From Bryobacteraceae bacterium (lineage in GTDB: Bacteria; Acidobacteriota; Terriglobia; Bryobacterales; Bryobacteraceae): DNA of 64,000 nucleotides. The translations under genes and the position numbers were made by a program. The notes below the pieces were generated by a model. It was not told the DNA's origin, made no database searches, and was given only the letters and a program-made list of their open reading frames with translations. Location of the stretch: assembly GCA_036498815.1 (NCBI GenBank), contig DASYET010000028.1, forward strand, positions 241 through 64,240, read 5' to 3'. This document shows, piece after piece, positions 16,118-23,964 of this stretch (positions within the stretch are counted from its first letter, which is position 1; every line of letters begins with the position of its first letter).

Positions 16118-17173
16118 TTAGACCGATGTTATCACAGCGGCGAAAAAGCCATCTCCGGGATCGCGCCCCGGGAGGCGAAGATGCGTGGAACGGACGGGGA
16201 ATCCGGCCACCACGGCTTCATTTTCTTCCTGTTCGAGCGAGCAGGTGGAGTAGACCAGCAGGCCATCGGGCGCGAGCAGCGGGAGCGCGTTGGTGAGGAT
16301 GGCGCGCTGGAGCGGAGGGAAGCGTGCGATGTGGGCGGGGTCGATTCGCCACTTGATCTCCGGGTTTCTGCTTAGGGTGCCGATGCCGGAGCAGGGGGCG
16401 TCGATGAGGATGCGGTCGAATTTTCGGGCGAAGGGGAGCGGCTGGGAAGCATCGAGGAGCAGGCGGGCGGCTTCGGCGGGGACTTCCTGGAGGCGCGCGA
16501 GAGAGCGGTCTGCGGCGGTGACTCGGGCTCCGGCGGCGAGGGCTTGCGCGGTCTTGTTGCCGGGGGCGGCGCACAGGTCGAGGACGGTCATGTCGGGATG
16601 GATTTCGAGCAGGGGCACGACCGACTGCGCGCCGATGTCCTGCTGGCGGCCGGTGGCGGGGTTGATGTTCGACTCGGGTTCGTCGAGGGCGGCTTTCGCG
16701 ATTTGGGCCGCGATTTCGGGGCCGTACTGCGCGTCCCAGCGGGCGAGCATCCACGGAGCAATGCTGAGTTCGGTGGCACGGTCGGGCCATGCGATGGGAT
16801 CGCGAGTCACTTTGCGCAGGACGGCATTGACGAAGCCAGCGGCGGAGCGTTTGCGGGCACGCTTCACGAGGTCGACGCTCTCAGTGACGGCGGCGTGCGC
16901 GGGGATGCGTTCGAGATAGCGGAGTTGGAAGATGCCGAGGCGGATCGCGAGGCGCACCTCGGGGTCGAGCTTAGGCTGCGCGCGGCCGGAGTAGTGGGCG
17001 ATCAGGAAATCGAGCTGAGCCTGATAGCGGAGGCATCCGAAGACCAGCGTTTCGGCGAGGGCGGCGTCGCGGGTGTCGAGCGCGGCGGCTTCGAGGCGGA
17101 AGAGGTCGGAGGCGAAGGCTCCCGCAGCGACGCGCTGGAGGATTTTATACGCGAGGTCGCGGGCGGGGGACAC
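16118..17173 (-). CDS. rsmB: 16S rRNA (cytosine-C5)-methyltransferase RsmB/Sun family
   Basis: NusB-like N-terminus. SAM-MTase motifs VLDLCAAPGNKT, ILIDAPCSGIGT and YSTCS (NOL1/NOP2/Sun). Confidence 0.9.
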   Translation of the reverse strand: MSPARDLAYKILQRVAAGAFASDLFRLEAAALDTRDAALAETLVFGCLRYQAQLDFLIAHYSGRAQPKLDPEVRLAIRLGIFQLRYLERIPAHAAVTESVDLVKRARKRSAAGFVNAVLRKVTRDPIAWPDRATELSIAPWMLARWDAQYGPEIAAQIAKAALDEPESNINPATGRQQDIGAQSVVPLLEIHPDMTVLDLCAAPGNKTAQALAAGARVTAADRSLARLQEVPAEAARLLLDASQPLPFARKFDRILIDAPCSGIGTLSRNPEIKWRIDPAHIARFPPLQRAILTNALPLLAPDGLLVYSTCSLEQEENEAVVAGFPVRSTHLRLPGRDPGDGFFAAVITSV

Positions 17174-17221
17174 TTCCGTAGTGTAGTCGAGCGTCGAGAT
17201 GTTTCTGAACTGGCATGCGGG

Positions 17222-17267
17222 AGCATGCGGCAGGGTCGAGTTCGCGGGTTTGATCCTGCCGCATGCT
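17222..17267. other. 13-bp perfect inverted repeat (AGCATGCGGCAGG / CCTGCCGCATGCT) with 20-nt loop
   Basis: Read directly. It lies between the dnaE2 stop (17293) and the rsmB start (17173). An extra GCATGCGG copy sits at 17213. It may be a terminator of the imuAB-dnaE2 operon, though there is no U-tract. Confidence 0.35.
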
Positions 17268-17292
17268 TACGCATGGCGGCTCAGTTTCAGGA

Positions 17293-20200
17293 CTAGTGGA
17301 AATCGTGCGACGGGACTTTCGCGGTGGCGAAGTTGAGGCGCTCGGCTCGGCGGAGTTTGATGGAGACGGCGCCTTGCTGGTTTTGCAGGAGGCCTTCGAT
17401 CAATAAGTAGGGCGCGGTGGTGAGGACTTCACGGTTCTGATCGAAGAGATCGGGCTCGACGATGGCGTTGGCAATGCCGGTTTCGTCTTCAATGCTGAGG
17501 AAGAGGAATCCTTTGGCGGTGCCGGGGCGCTGGCGGCAGATGACGCAGCCGGCGACTTGGACGGTGCTGCCTCGCTTCGCACGCTTCAGCGTTGACGCCG
17601 AGAGGATGCCTCGGGTGCGGAGGCTCTCGCGGTGCAGACTCATGGGGTGGATGCCGATGGTGAGGCCGGTGCCATAGAAATCGGCTCGGATACGTTCGGC
17701 GGGGGACATTTGAGCAAGCGGCGAGGGCTCGCGAGGTTCGTCGAGAGCTTCGAAGAGGGGGCCGGCGGGGCGGAGGGCTCGCTCGGCTTCCCACAGAGCG
17801 TCGCGGCGGTGGCCGCCTAGAGAGTTTAACGCTCCGATCTCGGCGAGCATGCGGAGTTCGGCTTTGCTGAGGCCGCGAGTGCGGAGGACCAGGTCCACCA
17901 TGCTGGTGAAGGGGCGAGCGGCGATGAGGGCTTCGGCGGTTTCCTGGCGGAGACCTCGGACGTAGTTGAAGCCTAGGCGCACGGCGAAGGGGGCGGGCTG
18001 AAAGTCCGCCGCAGCCTGGGAGGCTGCCCCAAAGGGCGGAGAGGCGGATTCACAGGGCTGGGGTGTTGAACCAAGGGGGGCTGTTTCACACTTGATGGGC
18101 TGGGGGCTTATCGTGCAGGGCCATTGGGATTGGTGGATGTCGACGGGGAGGAAGTGCTGGCCGTGGCGCTGGGCGTCTTTTACTAGCGTCGCGGGATGGT
18201 AGAAACCCATCGGCTGCTGGTTCAGAATCGCTGTCGTGAAGGCGGCCAGGTAGTGGCACTTGAGGTAGGCGCTGGCGTAGGCGATCAGCGCAAAGCTGGC
18301 GGCGTGCGATTCGGGGAAGCCGTAGAGGGCGAATGACGTGATGGATTGCACGATGCGGTCCTGCGTGTCGCCGACGATGCCGTTCTCCGTCATGCCGGCG
18401 CGGAGGCGAGTCTCGATATCGCGCATGCGGGCTTCGGAGCGTTTGAAACCCATGGCTCGGCGGAGCTCTTCGGCTTCGCCTCCGGTGAAGTTGGCGGCGA
18501 TCATGGCGATGCGCAGGAGTTGCTCCTGGAAGAGCGGCACGCCGAGAGTCCGCTTCAGTACGGTTTCGAGCGAGGGGTGCAGGCAGGCGGCTTCCTCGAA
18601 GCCCTGGCGGCGATTCAAGTACGGGTGCAGCATCTTGCCGACGATAGGGCCGGGCCGGATGATCGCCACTTGCACTACGATGTCGTAAAACTTTTTGGGC
18701 TTCAGGCGCGGCAGGCAGGACATTTGCGCGCGGCTCTCCACTTGGAACATGCCGATGGTGTCGGCGCGTTGCAGTGCGTCGTAGACGGCTTCGTCGTCTT
18801 GCGGGAGATGCGCGAGGTCGACGTCTTCGTGCTGGTGTTCTTTGATGAGCGCCAGCGATTCTTCGAGCACGGCCATCATGCCGAGGCCGAGCAGATCCAC
18901 TTTGACGAGACCGAGATCGGCGCAGTCCTCTTTATCCCACTGGATGATGACGCGGCCGGGCATGGTGGCTGGCTCGAGCGGCACCACTTGATCGAGCTGG
19001 CCTTGGCAGACCACCATGCCTCCGGAGTGTTGGCCCAGGTGGCGCGGGAGATTTTGCGCGGCGGTGTAGAGCGAAAGATATTTTTCGATGCGAGGGTTGG
19101 TGAGGTCGAAGCCGGCTTGCTCGAATTGTTTTTGCGCGGTTTCGCGAGGGTCGCGCCAGCCCCAGGTGGCGACCAGCGATGCGAGTTTATCGAGCGCGGC
19201 GGGATCGAAGCCCAGAGCTTTGCCGATGTCGCGCGCGGCGGAGCGGCCTCGATAGGTGATGACGTTCGCGGTCATGGCGGCTCCGCGCGCGCCGTAGCGC
19301 TGGTACACGTACTGAATGACGCGCTCGCGCTGATCACCGGAGGGAAGGTCGAGATCGATGTCGGGCCACTCGCCGCGCTCCTCAGAGAGGAAGCGTTCGA
19401 AGAGCAGATCCATCGCGATGGGATCGACCGCGGTGATGCCGAGCGAGTAGCAGACGGCGCTGTTGGCGGCGGAGCCTCGGCCTTGCGCGAGGATGCCGTT
19501 GTTGCGGCAGAACTGGACCAGGTCCCAGACGATGAGGAAGTAGCCGGAGAGGTCGAGCTTTTCGATGAGCTTGAGTTCGCGGTCGATCTGGCGGCGGGCT
19601 TTTTCGTGATAGGGGCGGAAGCGTTGGCGCGCGCCTTCCTCGGTGCGGGCGCGGAGGAAGGAATGCATGGTCTCGCCGGCAGCTACGGGGTAACGAGGGA
19701 ATTCGTAGCCCAGATTGGCGAGCGTAAAGTTCAGACGCTGGGAAAGCTCGTGGGTTTCGGCGACGGCTTCGGGGATGTCGGAAAACAATTTCGCCATTTC
19801 GCGTGGGGGCTTGAGATAACGCTCGGCGTTGCGGGCGAGCAGCTTTCCGGCGGACATAACGGTGGTCTTGTGGCGGACGGCGGTGAGGGCGTCGAAGAGT
19901 TCACGCTCTTGCGAGGTGGCGTGGCGGACTCCGTTAGTCGCCAGCAAAGGGAGTTGGAGAGAGCGCGCGAGGTCGATGACGGCCTGGTTGCGCGCTTCTT
20001 CGTCGCGCTGGAGGTGGCGCTGCACTTCGGCGTAGACGTTGCGCGTGCCGAACAGGCGGATGCGTTTTTCAAAGCGCGCGCGAGTAGGCGGGCCTTCGCC
20101 GGTGAGGCAGACGAGGCCTTCGCCGAACTGCGACAGCTCCGCGTCGGAAGCCGTGGCCTCACCTTTGGGCGCGCGCAGTTTCATAGACGTGATGAGTTGG

Positions 20201-20463
20201 CAAAGGTTGCGATAGCCGGTGCGGTTTTCGGCTAAAAGGGGATAAAGGTCGCCGTCTTCACCGGTAATTTCCGCGCCGAGGTGCGCTTTCGCGCCGATTT
20301 TTTTCGCGGCCATGTAGAAGCGGGGGGCTCCGGAGAGATTGTCGAGGTCCATGAGGGCCATGGCGGAGTGGCCGAGCGCGGAGGCGCGCTGGATCAGATC
20401 CTCGGGCAGCGAGGCGGCGGAGAGGAAGCTGAAGGCGGAGCGAGTGTGGAAGTCTACGAACAT
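17293..20463 (-). CDS. dnaE2: error-prone DNA polymerase DnaE2 (ImuC)
   Basis: 1056 aa. PHP domain start (FVDFHTRSAFSFLSAASLPEDL). Pol III alpha core motifs (PDIDLDL, GLVKVDLLGLG, IAIIRPGPI). It sits downstream of imuA-imuB. Confidence 0.95.
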   Translation of the reverse strand: MFVDFHTRSAFSFLSAASLPEDLIQRASALGHSAMALMDLDNLSGAPRFYMAAKKIGAKAHLGAEITGEDGDLYPLLAENRTGYRNLCQLITSMKLRAPKGEATASDAELSQFGEGLVCLTGEGPPTRARFEKRIRLFGTRNVYAEVQRHLQRDEEARNQAVIDLARSLQLPLLATNGVRHATSQERELFDALTAVRHKTTVMSAGKLLARNAERYLKPPREMAKLFSDIPEAVAETHELSQRLNFTLANLGYEFPRYPVAAGETMHSFLRARTEEGARQRFRPYHEKARRQIDRELKLIEKLDLSGYFLIVWDLVQFCRNNGILAQGRGSAANSAVCYSLGITAVDPIAMDLLFERFLSEERGEWPDIDLDLPSGDQRERVIQYVYQRYGARGAAMTANVITYRGRSAARDIGKALGFDPAALDKLASLVATWGWRDPRETAQKQFEQAGFDLTNPRIEKYLSLYTAAQNLPRHLGQHSGGMVVCQGQLDQVVPLEPATMPGRVIIQWDKEDCADLGLVKVDLLGLGMMAVLEESLALIKEHQHEDVDLAHLPQDDEAVYDALQRADTIGMFQVESRAQMSCLPRLKPKKFYDIVVQVAIIRPGPIVGKMLHPYLNRRQGFEEAACLHPSLETVLKRTLGVPLFQEQLLRIAMIAANFTGGEAEELRRAMGFKRSEARMRDIETRLRAGMTENGIVGDTQDRIVQSITSFALYGFPESHAASFALIAYASAYLKCHYLAAFTTAILNQQPMGFYHPATLVKDAQRHGQHFLPVDIHQSQWPCTISPQPIKCETAPLGSTPQPCESASPPFGAASQAAADFQPAPFAVRLGFNYVRGLRQETAEALIAARPFTSMVDLVLRTRGLSKAELRMLAEIGALNSLGGHRRDALWEAERALRPAGPLFEALDEPREPSPLAQMSPAERIRADFYGTGLTIGIHPMSLHRESLRTRGILSASTLKRAKRGSTVQVAGCVICRQRPGTAKGFLFLSIEDETGIANAIVEPDLFDQNREVLTTAPYLLIEGLLQNQQGAVSIKLRRAERLNFATAKVPSHDFH

Positions 20464-20472
20464 GTCCGCTCG

Positions 20473-21621
20473 CTAGTCATAAGTGCCTTCGACCAGCCAT
20501 TGACGAGCCAGGTGATTTTGGACCAAGCGGTACAACGCCCCGTCGCTTAAGAGGAGGTCCCATTCATCGCGGTCCCAGGGGTCGCAGTGCCACCAATCCC
20601 CGCTGGAGCGCCAGGGGCCGGCGATGTTCAGGATGCGGCCTTGGAATTGGCGGGTCCAGAGGAGCTTGCCGGGTTGGGGATCGACGCGGGCTTCGAGCGG
20701 CGGGCGGAAGTAGCGGAAGGCGAGAGCCGGGGCGTCGTTGAGTCCGGCGCCGGGACGGTGAGTGTCGCGGAGCTGGGGATAGAGCACGTTGCCATCGCCC
20801 ACCAGGGCGCGGATTTTGCCTAACGTGAGCTCGAGTTTTTCGGGCTCGGGGGCGGCCAGGGTGAAAAGGTCGTGCTGGACCCGGCGGGGTTGGACGGGGT
20901 CGATGCGGAGCACAACGCGCTCGATGGCTTGCGTGGGCGGGTGGCGTTCGAGCGAATGCTCGATCAGCTTGAGCAGGAATTTGATGTCGCGAGTGGGGAA
21001 GGGGAGGCCGAGGGCTCGGGTGTGGGGGCCGAGGGTGATGTGGAGAGTTCCGCAGGATAGGGATTGGGCGCGAAGCTTCGCGGTCAGGTCATAGAGAAAG
21101 CGGCCTAGGAGAAAGAGCAGCGGCTCGCGCTGTTCGATGGGGTGGTCGAACTCGGCGGATTCTTCGTAGACAGGCTCGGGGAGGAGCGGGCGGAGAGGGC
21201 GGCTCAGGACTCCGCGGGCGAGCTTTTGGAGCGAGAGGCCGCGAGGGCCGAGGCGGTCGGCGAGACCTTCGTCGGGAAGCTTGGCGAGATCGGAAAGGGA
21301 GCGGATGCCCCACAGGTCGAAGGTTTGGAAGAGCTCGGGGTCGGGGGGGAGGGTTGATGTGATGGCGACTTCGATGGGGAGATGGCCGAGCAGGCGAGGC
21401 TCGTCGCCGGGGGCGATGAAGGTATAGCCGGGCAGGTTGCGGGCGGCGAGGATGGCCGTTTCTACTGTGGCGGCTACGGCTATTTGAAGGGACTCCGGAA
21501 TTTGGGCGAGCTGGCGCTGGGTGATGGAGAAGACGGCGGTGGTTTCGTCGATCATCTCGACGTGCGGAGAAAAGGAGTCCGCGAGCGCCGCGGCTTGCGG
21601 CGCATGGATGCAGGCAAACAT
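20473..21621 (-). CDS. imuB: ImuB, Y-family polymerase-like mutasome protein
   Basis: MFACIH... start typical of ImuB, with Y-family-like thumb and little-finger regions. It is positioned between imuA and dnaE2 with 3-9 nt spacers. Confidence 0.85.
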   Translation of the reverse strand: MFACIHAPQAAALADSFSPHVEMIDETTAVFSITQRQLAQIPESLQIAVAATVETAILAARNLPGYTFIAPGDEPRLLGHLPIEVAITSTLPPDPELFQTFDLWGIRSLSDLAKLPDEGLADRLGPRGLSLQKLARGVLSRPLRPLLPEPVYEESAEFDHPIEQREPLLFLLGRFLYDLTAKLRAQSLSCGTLHITLGPHTRALGLPFPTRDIKFLLKLIEHSLERHPPTQAIERVVLRIDPVQPRRVQHDLFTLAAPEPEKLELTLGKIRALVGDGNVLYPQLRDTHRPGAGLNDAPALAFRYFRPPLEARVDPQPGKLLWTRQFQGRILNIAGPWRSSGDWWHCDPWDRDEWDLLLSDGALYRLVQNHLARQWLVEGTYD

Positions 21622-21624
21622 GAT

Positions 21625-22182
21625 TTAGCTCGCGGTGCGGAGAGTTTGGAAGGGGTGCTGCCCGGCGAAGGACGGGCCGCGGCGACCGGGCGTCATGCGA
21701 TCCAGCGTTACACGCTTGGCGGCGCAGGATTTGGTTAAGAAGCGGTCGCTGAGGACGAGAAGGACGGTGGGGGTGGGCTCGATGGCTCGGCGGAAGCGGA
21801 ACCAGGCGGTGGGCGGGATGCGGTTCAGGCTGGAGGCGGGGGCTTCCAGGAGATCGAGGGCGATGACGCCGAAGCCTCCGGCGTGGAGCAGGAGGTCGGC
21901 GGCGCGGAGTGCGTGCTCGGCATTGGAGCGGCAACGGACCCAGAGGAGTTTATCGAGGCGGACTCCGGCGGCGGCGGCGGAGCAGGGGTCGAAGGCATCC
22001 GAAGTATCGAGGAGCGCGGCACATTCGCCTCGGGTAGTGGAGGCGGTGAGAAGGGAGTGAAGCAGGGTGGTTCGGCCGCTTGAACGGGGGCCGGTGATTT
22101 CACTGATCCGGCCACGTGGAAAGTCTTGTAAAAGCTCGGGTTGTTCGGAAAATCGCCATCCGAGGGGAAGCGCTGACAACAT
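21625..22182 (-). CDS. imuA: ImuA (RecA/SulA-like) SOS cell-division/mutagenesis protein
   Basis: P-loop-like EITGPRSSGRTTLL, with RecA-fold remnants. First gene of the cassette. Confidence 0.8.
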   Translation of the reverse strand: MLSALPLGWRFSEQPELLQDFPRGRISEITGPRSSGRTTLLHSLLTASTTRGECAALLDTSDAFDPCSAAAAGVRLDKLLWVRCRSNAEHALRAADLLLHAGGFGVIALDLLEAPASSLNRIPPTAWFRFRRAIEPTPTVLLVLSDRFLTKSCAAKRVTLDRMTPGRRGPSFAGQHPFQTLRTAS

Positions 22183-22188
22183 CTCTTT

Positions 22189-22203
22189 ATTCGCCCTTTG
22201 TTC
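22189..22203 (-). promoter_or_regulatory. candidate LexA box of the direct-repeat type (GAAC-N7-GAAT on the coding strand)
   Basis: The minus strand reads GCGAACAAAGGGCGAATAAAGAG-ATG. This is one mismatch from the GAAC-N7-GAAC direct repeat known for Alphaproteobacteria and reported for Acidobacterium. It lies directly upstream of imuA. Confidence 0.35.
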
Positions 22204-22674
22204 GCCTATGCTAGAGATGCCAGTATGGCGCTCCGAAGGACGCGTGTCAAGGGGGATTTGCTGCGATCCGCTCTTTATGAAGCGGGGTGGAACGGGAGAG
22301 TCTGGGGTGTGGGCGTAATGACACGCCCACTGAGAACTTATTTCACGTGACCCAGATCCCGCGAGTGGTCCTCGCTTCGCTTGGGCGAAGACGAGACCAT
22401 CTCCAAGAACAACGAAACGATCAACAATCCAGCGATACCAGCTCCGATTAACATGTCTCTATCTCTTTTCTTTTTCTAACTTCCTGCCTGCCTGCCGATT
22501 CTCTTAGCACGTGACGCGCCATCCGAGGGCGGTCACTTCTCACATCCCTCATACCCTCGTGTTTGTTCCCGCGTAATCGAATCACTTTTGGTACGCTTTT
22601 TTTGATGCGGGCGGATGAGGGCACGGTGCAGTCCGTTTTGCGCGGCTTCGACAAGAGGTTAGACTGTAAGGTGC

Positions 22675-23157
22675 ATGCCCAAACAATACTCCTCTGCACC
22701 CGCCATGGGGATCGACCCCTCGAAGAAGTACACGGCCACGTTCAACACCAGCCGCGGCGAGATTGTCTGCGAGCTGTTCGCCGCGGACAAGCCCATCACA
22801 GTGAACAACTTTGTGTTCCTGTCCCGGGACAAGTTCTACGATAACGGCGTGTTCCACCGCGTGATTGCGGACTTCATGATTCAGGGCGGATGCCCGCAGG
22901 GAACCGGCTACGGCGGTCCGGGGTACAAGTTCGAAGACGAGATCAAGGGCAAGACCAACAAGCATCAGGTGGGGTCGCTGTCGATGGCGAACGCGGGGCC
23001 GGGGACCAACGGCAGCCAGTTCTTCATCACGCACGTCCAGACCTCGTACCTGGATCCGAAGCACACCGTGTTCGGCCAGGTGACCAAGGGCCAGGACATT
23101 GTAGATTCTGTGAAGCAGGGCGACAAGATCAACAGCATCACGATTACGGAAGCTTAA
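22675..23157 (+). CDS. ppiB: cyclophilin-type peptidyl-prolyl cis-trans isomerase
   Basis: FHRVIADFMIQGGCPQGTGYGGPGYKFEDE and LSMANAGPGTNGSQFFIT are canonical cyclophilin motifs. Confidence 0.93.
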   Translation: MPKQYSSAPAMGIDPSKKYTATFNTSRGEIVCELFAADKPITVNNFVFLSRDKFYDNGVFHRVIADFMIQGGCPQGTGYGGPGYKFEDEIKGKTNKHQVGSLSMANAGPGTNGSQFFITHVQTSYLDPKHTVFGQVTKGQDIVDSVKQGDKINSITITEA

Positions 23158-23177
23158 TTTCCCATCGTCTTCCGACA

Positions 23178-23870
23178 ATGAAAATCCTGGCCGTCGGCGC
23201 CCATCCCGATGACGTGGAGTTCGGCTGCGCTCCCGTTCTGATCCAAGAGGTTCAGAACGGGAACCAAGTCCGGATTCTAGTTTTATCGAAGGGCGAGGCG
23301 GGGACCTCCGGGACGCCGGAGGAGCGGGCGGAAGAGGCCGGGGCGGCCGCGGCGGTGATCGGGGCGGAGATCGAGTTTCTCGACCTGGGCGGGGATTGCC
23401 ACCTTCGGCACAGCCCGGAGAACTCCATGGCGATCGCCCGGGAGTTGCGGAAGTTCCGGCCGCAGATTGTGCTGGCTCCGAATCTGGACGAGAACCAGCA
23501 TCCGGATCATTCGGCAGTGGGGCGGATGGTGCGGGATGCGTCGCGATTTGCACGCTACGCAGGTTTGATGGATCTTAAGGGCCTGGACGCGCATCAGATA
23601 ACGAGTTTGTACTTTTACTCCATCACGCAGGTGTTCACGCCGCCGCCGGACATCGTGATCGATGTGAGCGCGGTGGAGGCCCAGTGGGACGCCGCGATGA
23701 ACTGCCACAAATCGCAACTGAAGACCAAGGCTTATCCGGAGCTGGCGCATGCGAGGGCTCGGGCGTTTGGGGCGGCGATTGGCGTGACGTCGGCTACGGG
23801 GCTGTGGGCGAGCGACCCGGTAAGGGTCGCCAAGTTATCTGACTTGACCTTGTCGTCAAGATGCTATTAA
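23178..23870 (+). CDS. bshB: PIG-L/LmbE-family deacetylase, probable bacillithiol biosynthesis deacetylase
   Basis: ILAVGAHPDDVEFG and HPDH zinc-binding motifs of the LmbE family. It lies immediately upstream of bshA, as in the Bacillus bshB1-bshA arrangement. The start is at M97 of ORF 22890..23870. Confidence 0.8.
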   Translation: MKILAVGAHPDDVEFGCAPVLIQEVQNGNQVRILVLSKGEAGTSGTPEERAEEAGAAAAVIGAEIEFLDLGGDCHLRHSPENSMAIARELRKFRPQIVLAPNLDENQHPDHSAVGRMVRDASRFARYAGLMDLKGLDAHQITSLYFYSITQVFTPPPDIVIDVSAVEAQWDAAMNCHKSQLKTKAYPELAHARARAFGAAIGVTSATGLWASDPVRVAKLSDLTLSSRCY

Positions 23871-23964
23871 GAAATCGCATGCACAACGGAGCTCGGCGCG
23901 GCAGTTCGGGGCAAGCGTGGGGGATGCGTGGAGGGCCGCGCCGGCCCTGTGCATGCTAAACGTA

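Noticed and set aside
17235-17267. tRNA-like T-arm (GGGTTTGATCCTGCC), and GGTTCGAGTGCC at 896-907
   Set aside because: Neither has a complementary 5-bp T-stem, acceptor stem or anticodon arm. I found no tRNA, rRNA, tmRNA, RNase P or SRP RNA signature anywhere in the window.
18346-20235. 629-aa + strand ORF, with similar long ORFs at 34247..36304 (+), 26272..27648 (-), 27673..28875 (-), 52936..54246 (-), 56772..57809 (-), 22582..23553 (-), 21089..21934 (-), 89..805 (+) and 14484..15362 (+)
   Set aside because: All lie antisense to, or out of frame with, genes that have unmistakable family motifs (dnaE2, thrS, uppP/ftsK, ATP-grasp, hyhB, ppiB/bshB, imuA/B, TPR, bamD). Their translations are R/A/G/P/H-rich low-complexity strings, typical of stop-poor shadow frames in GC-rich DNA.
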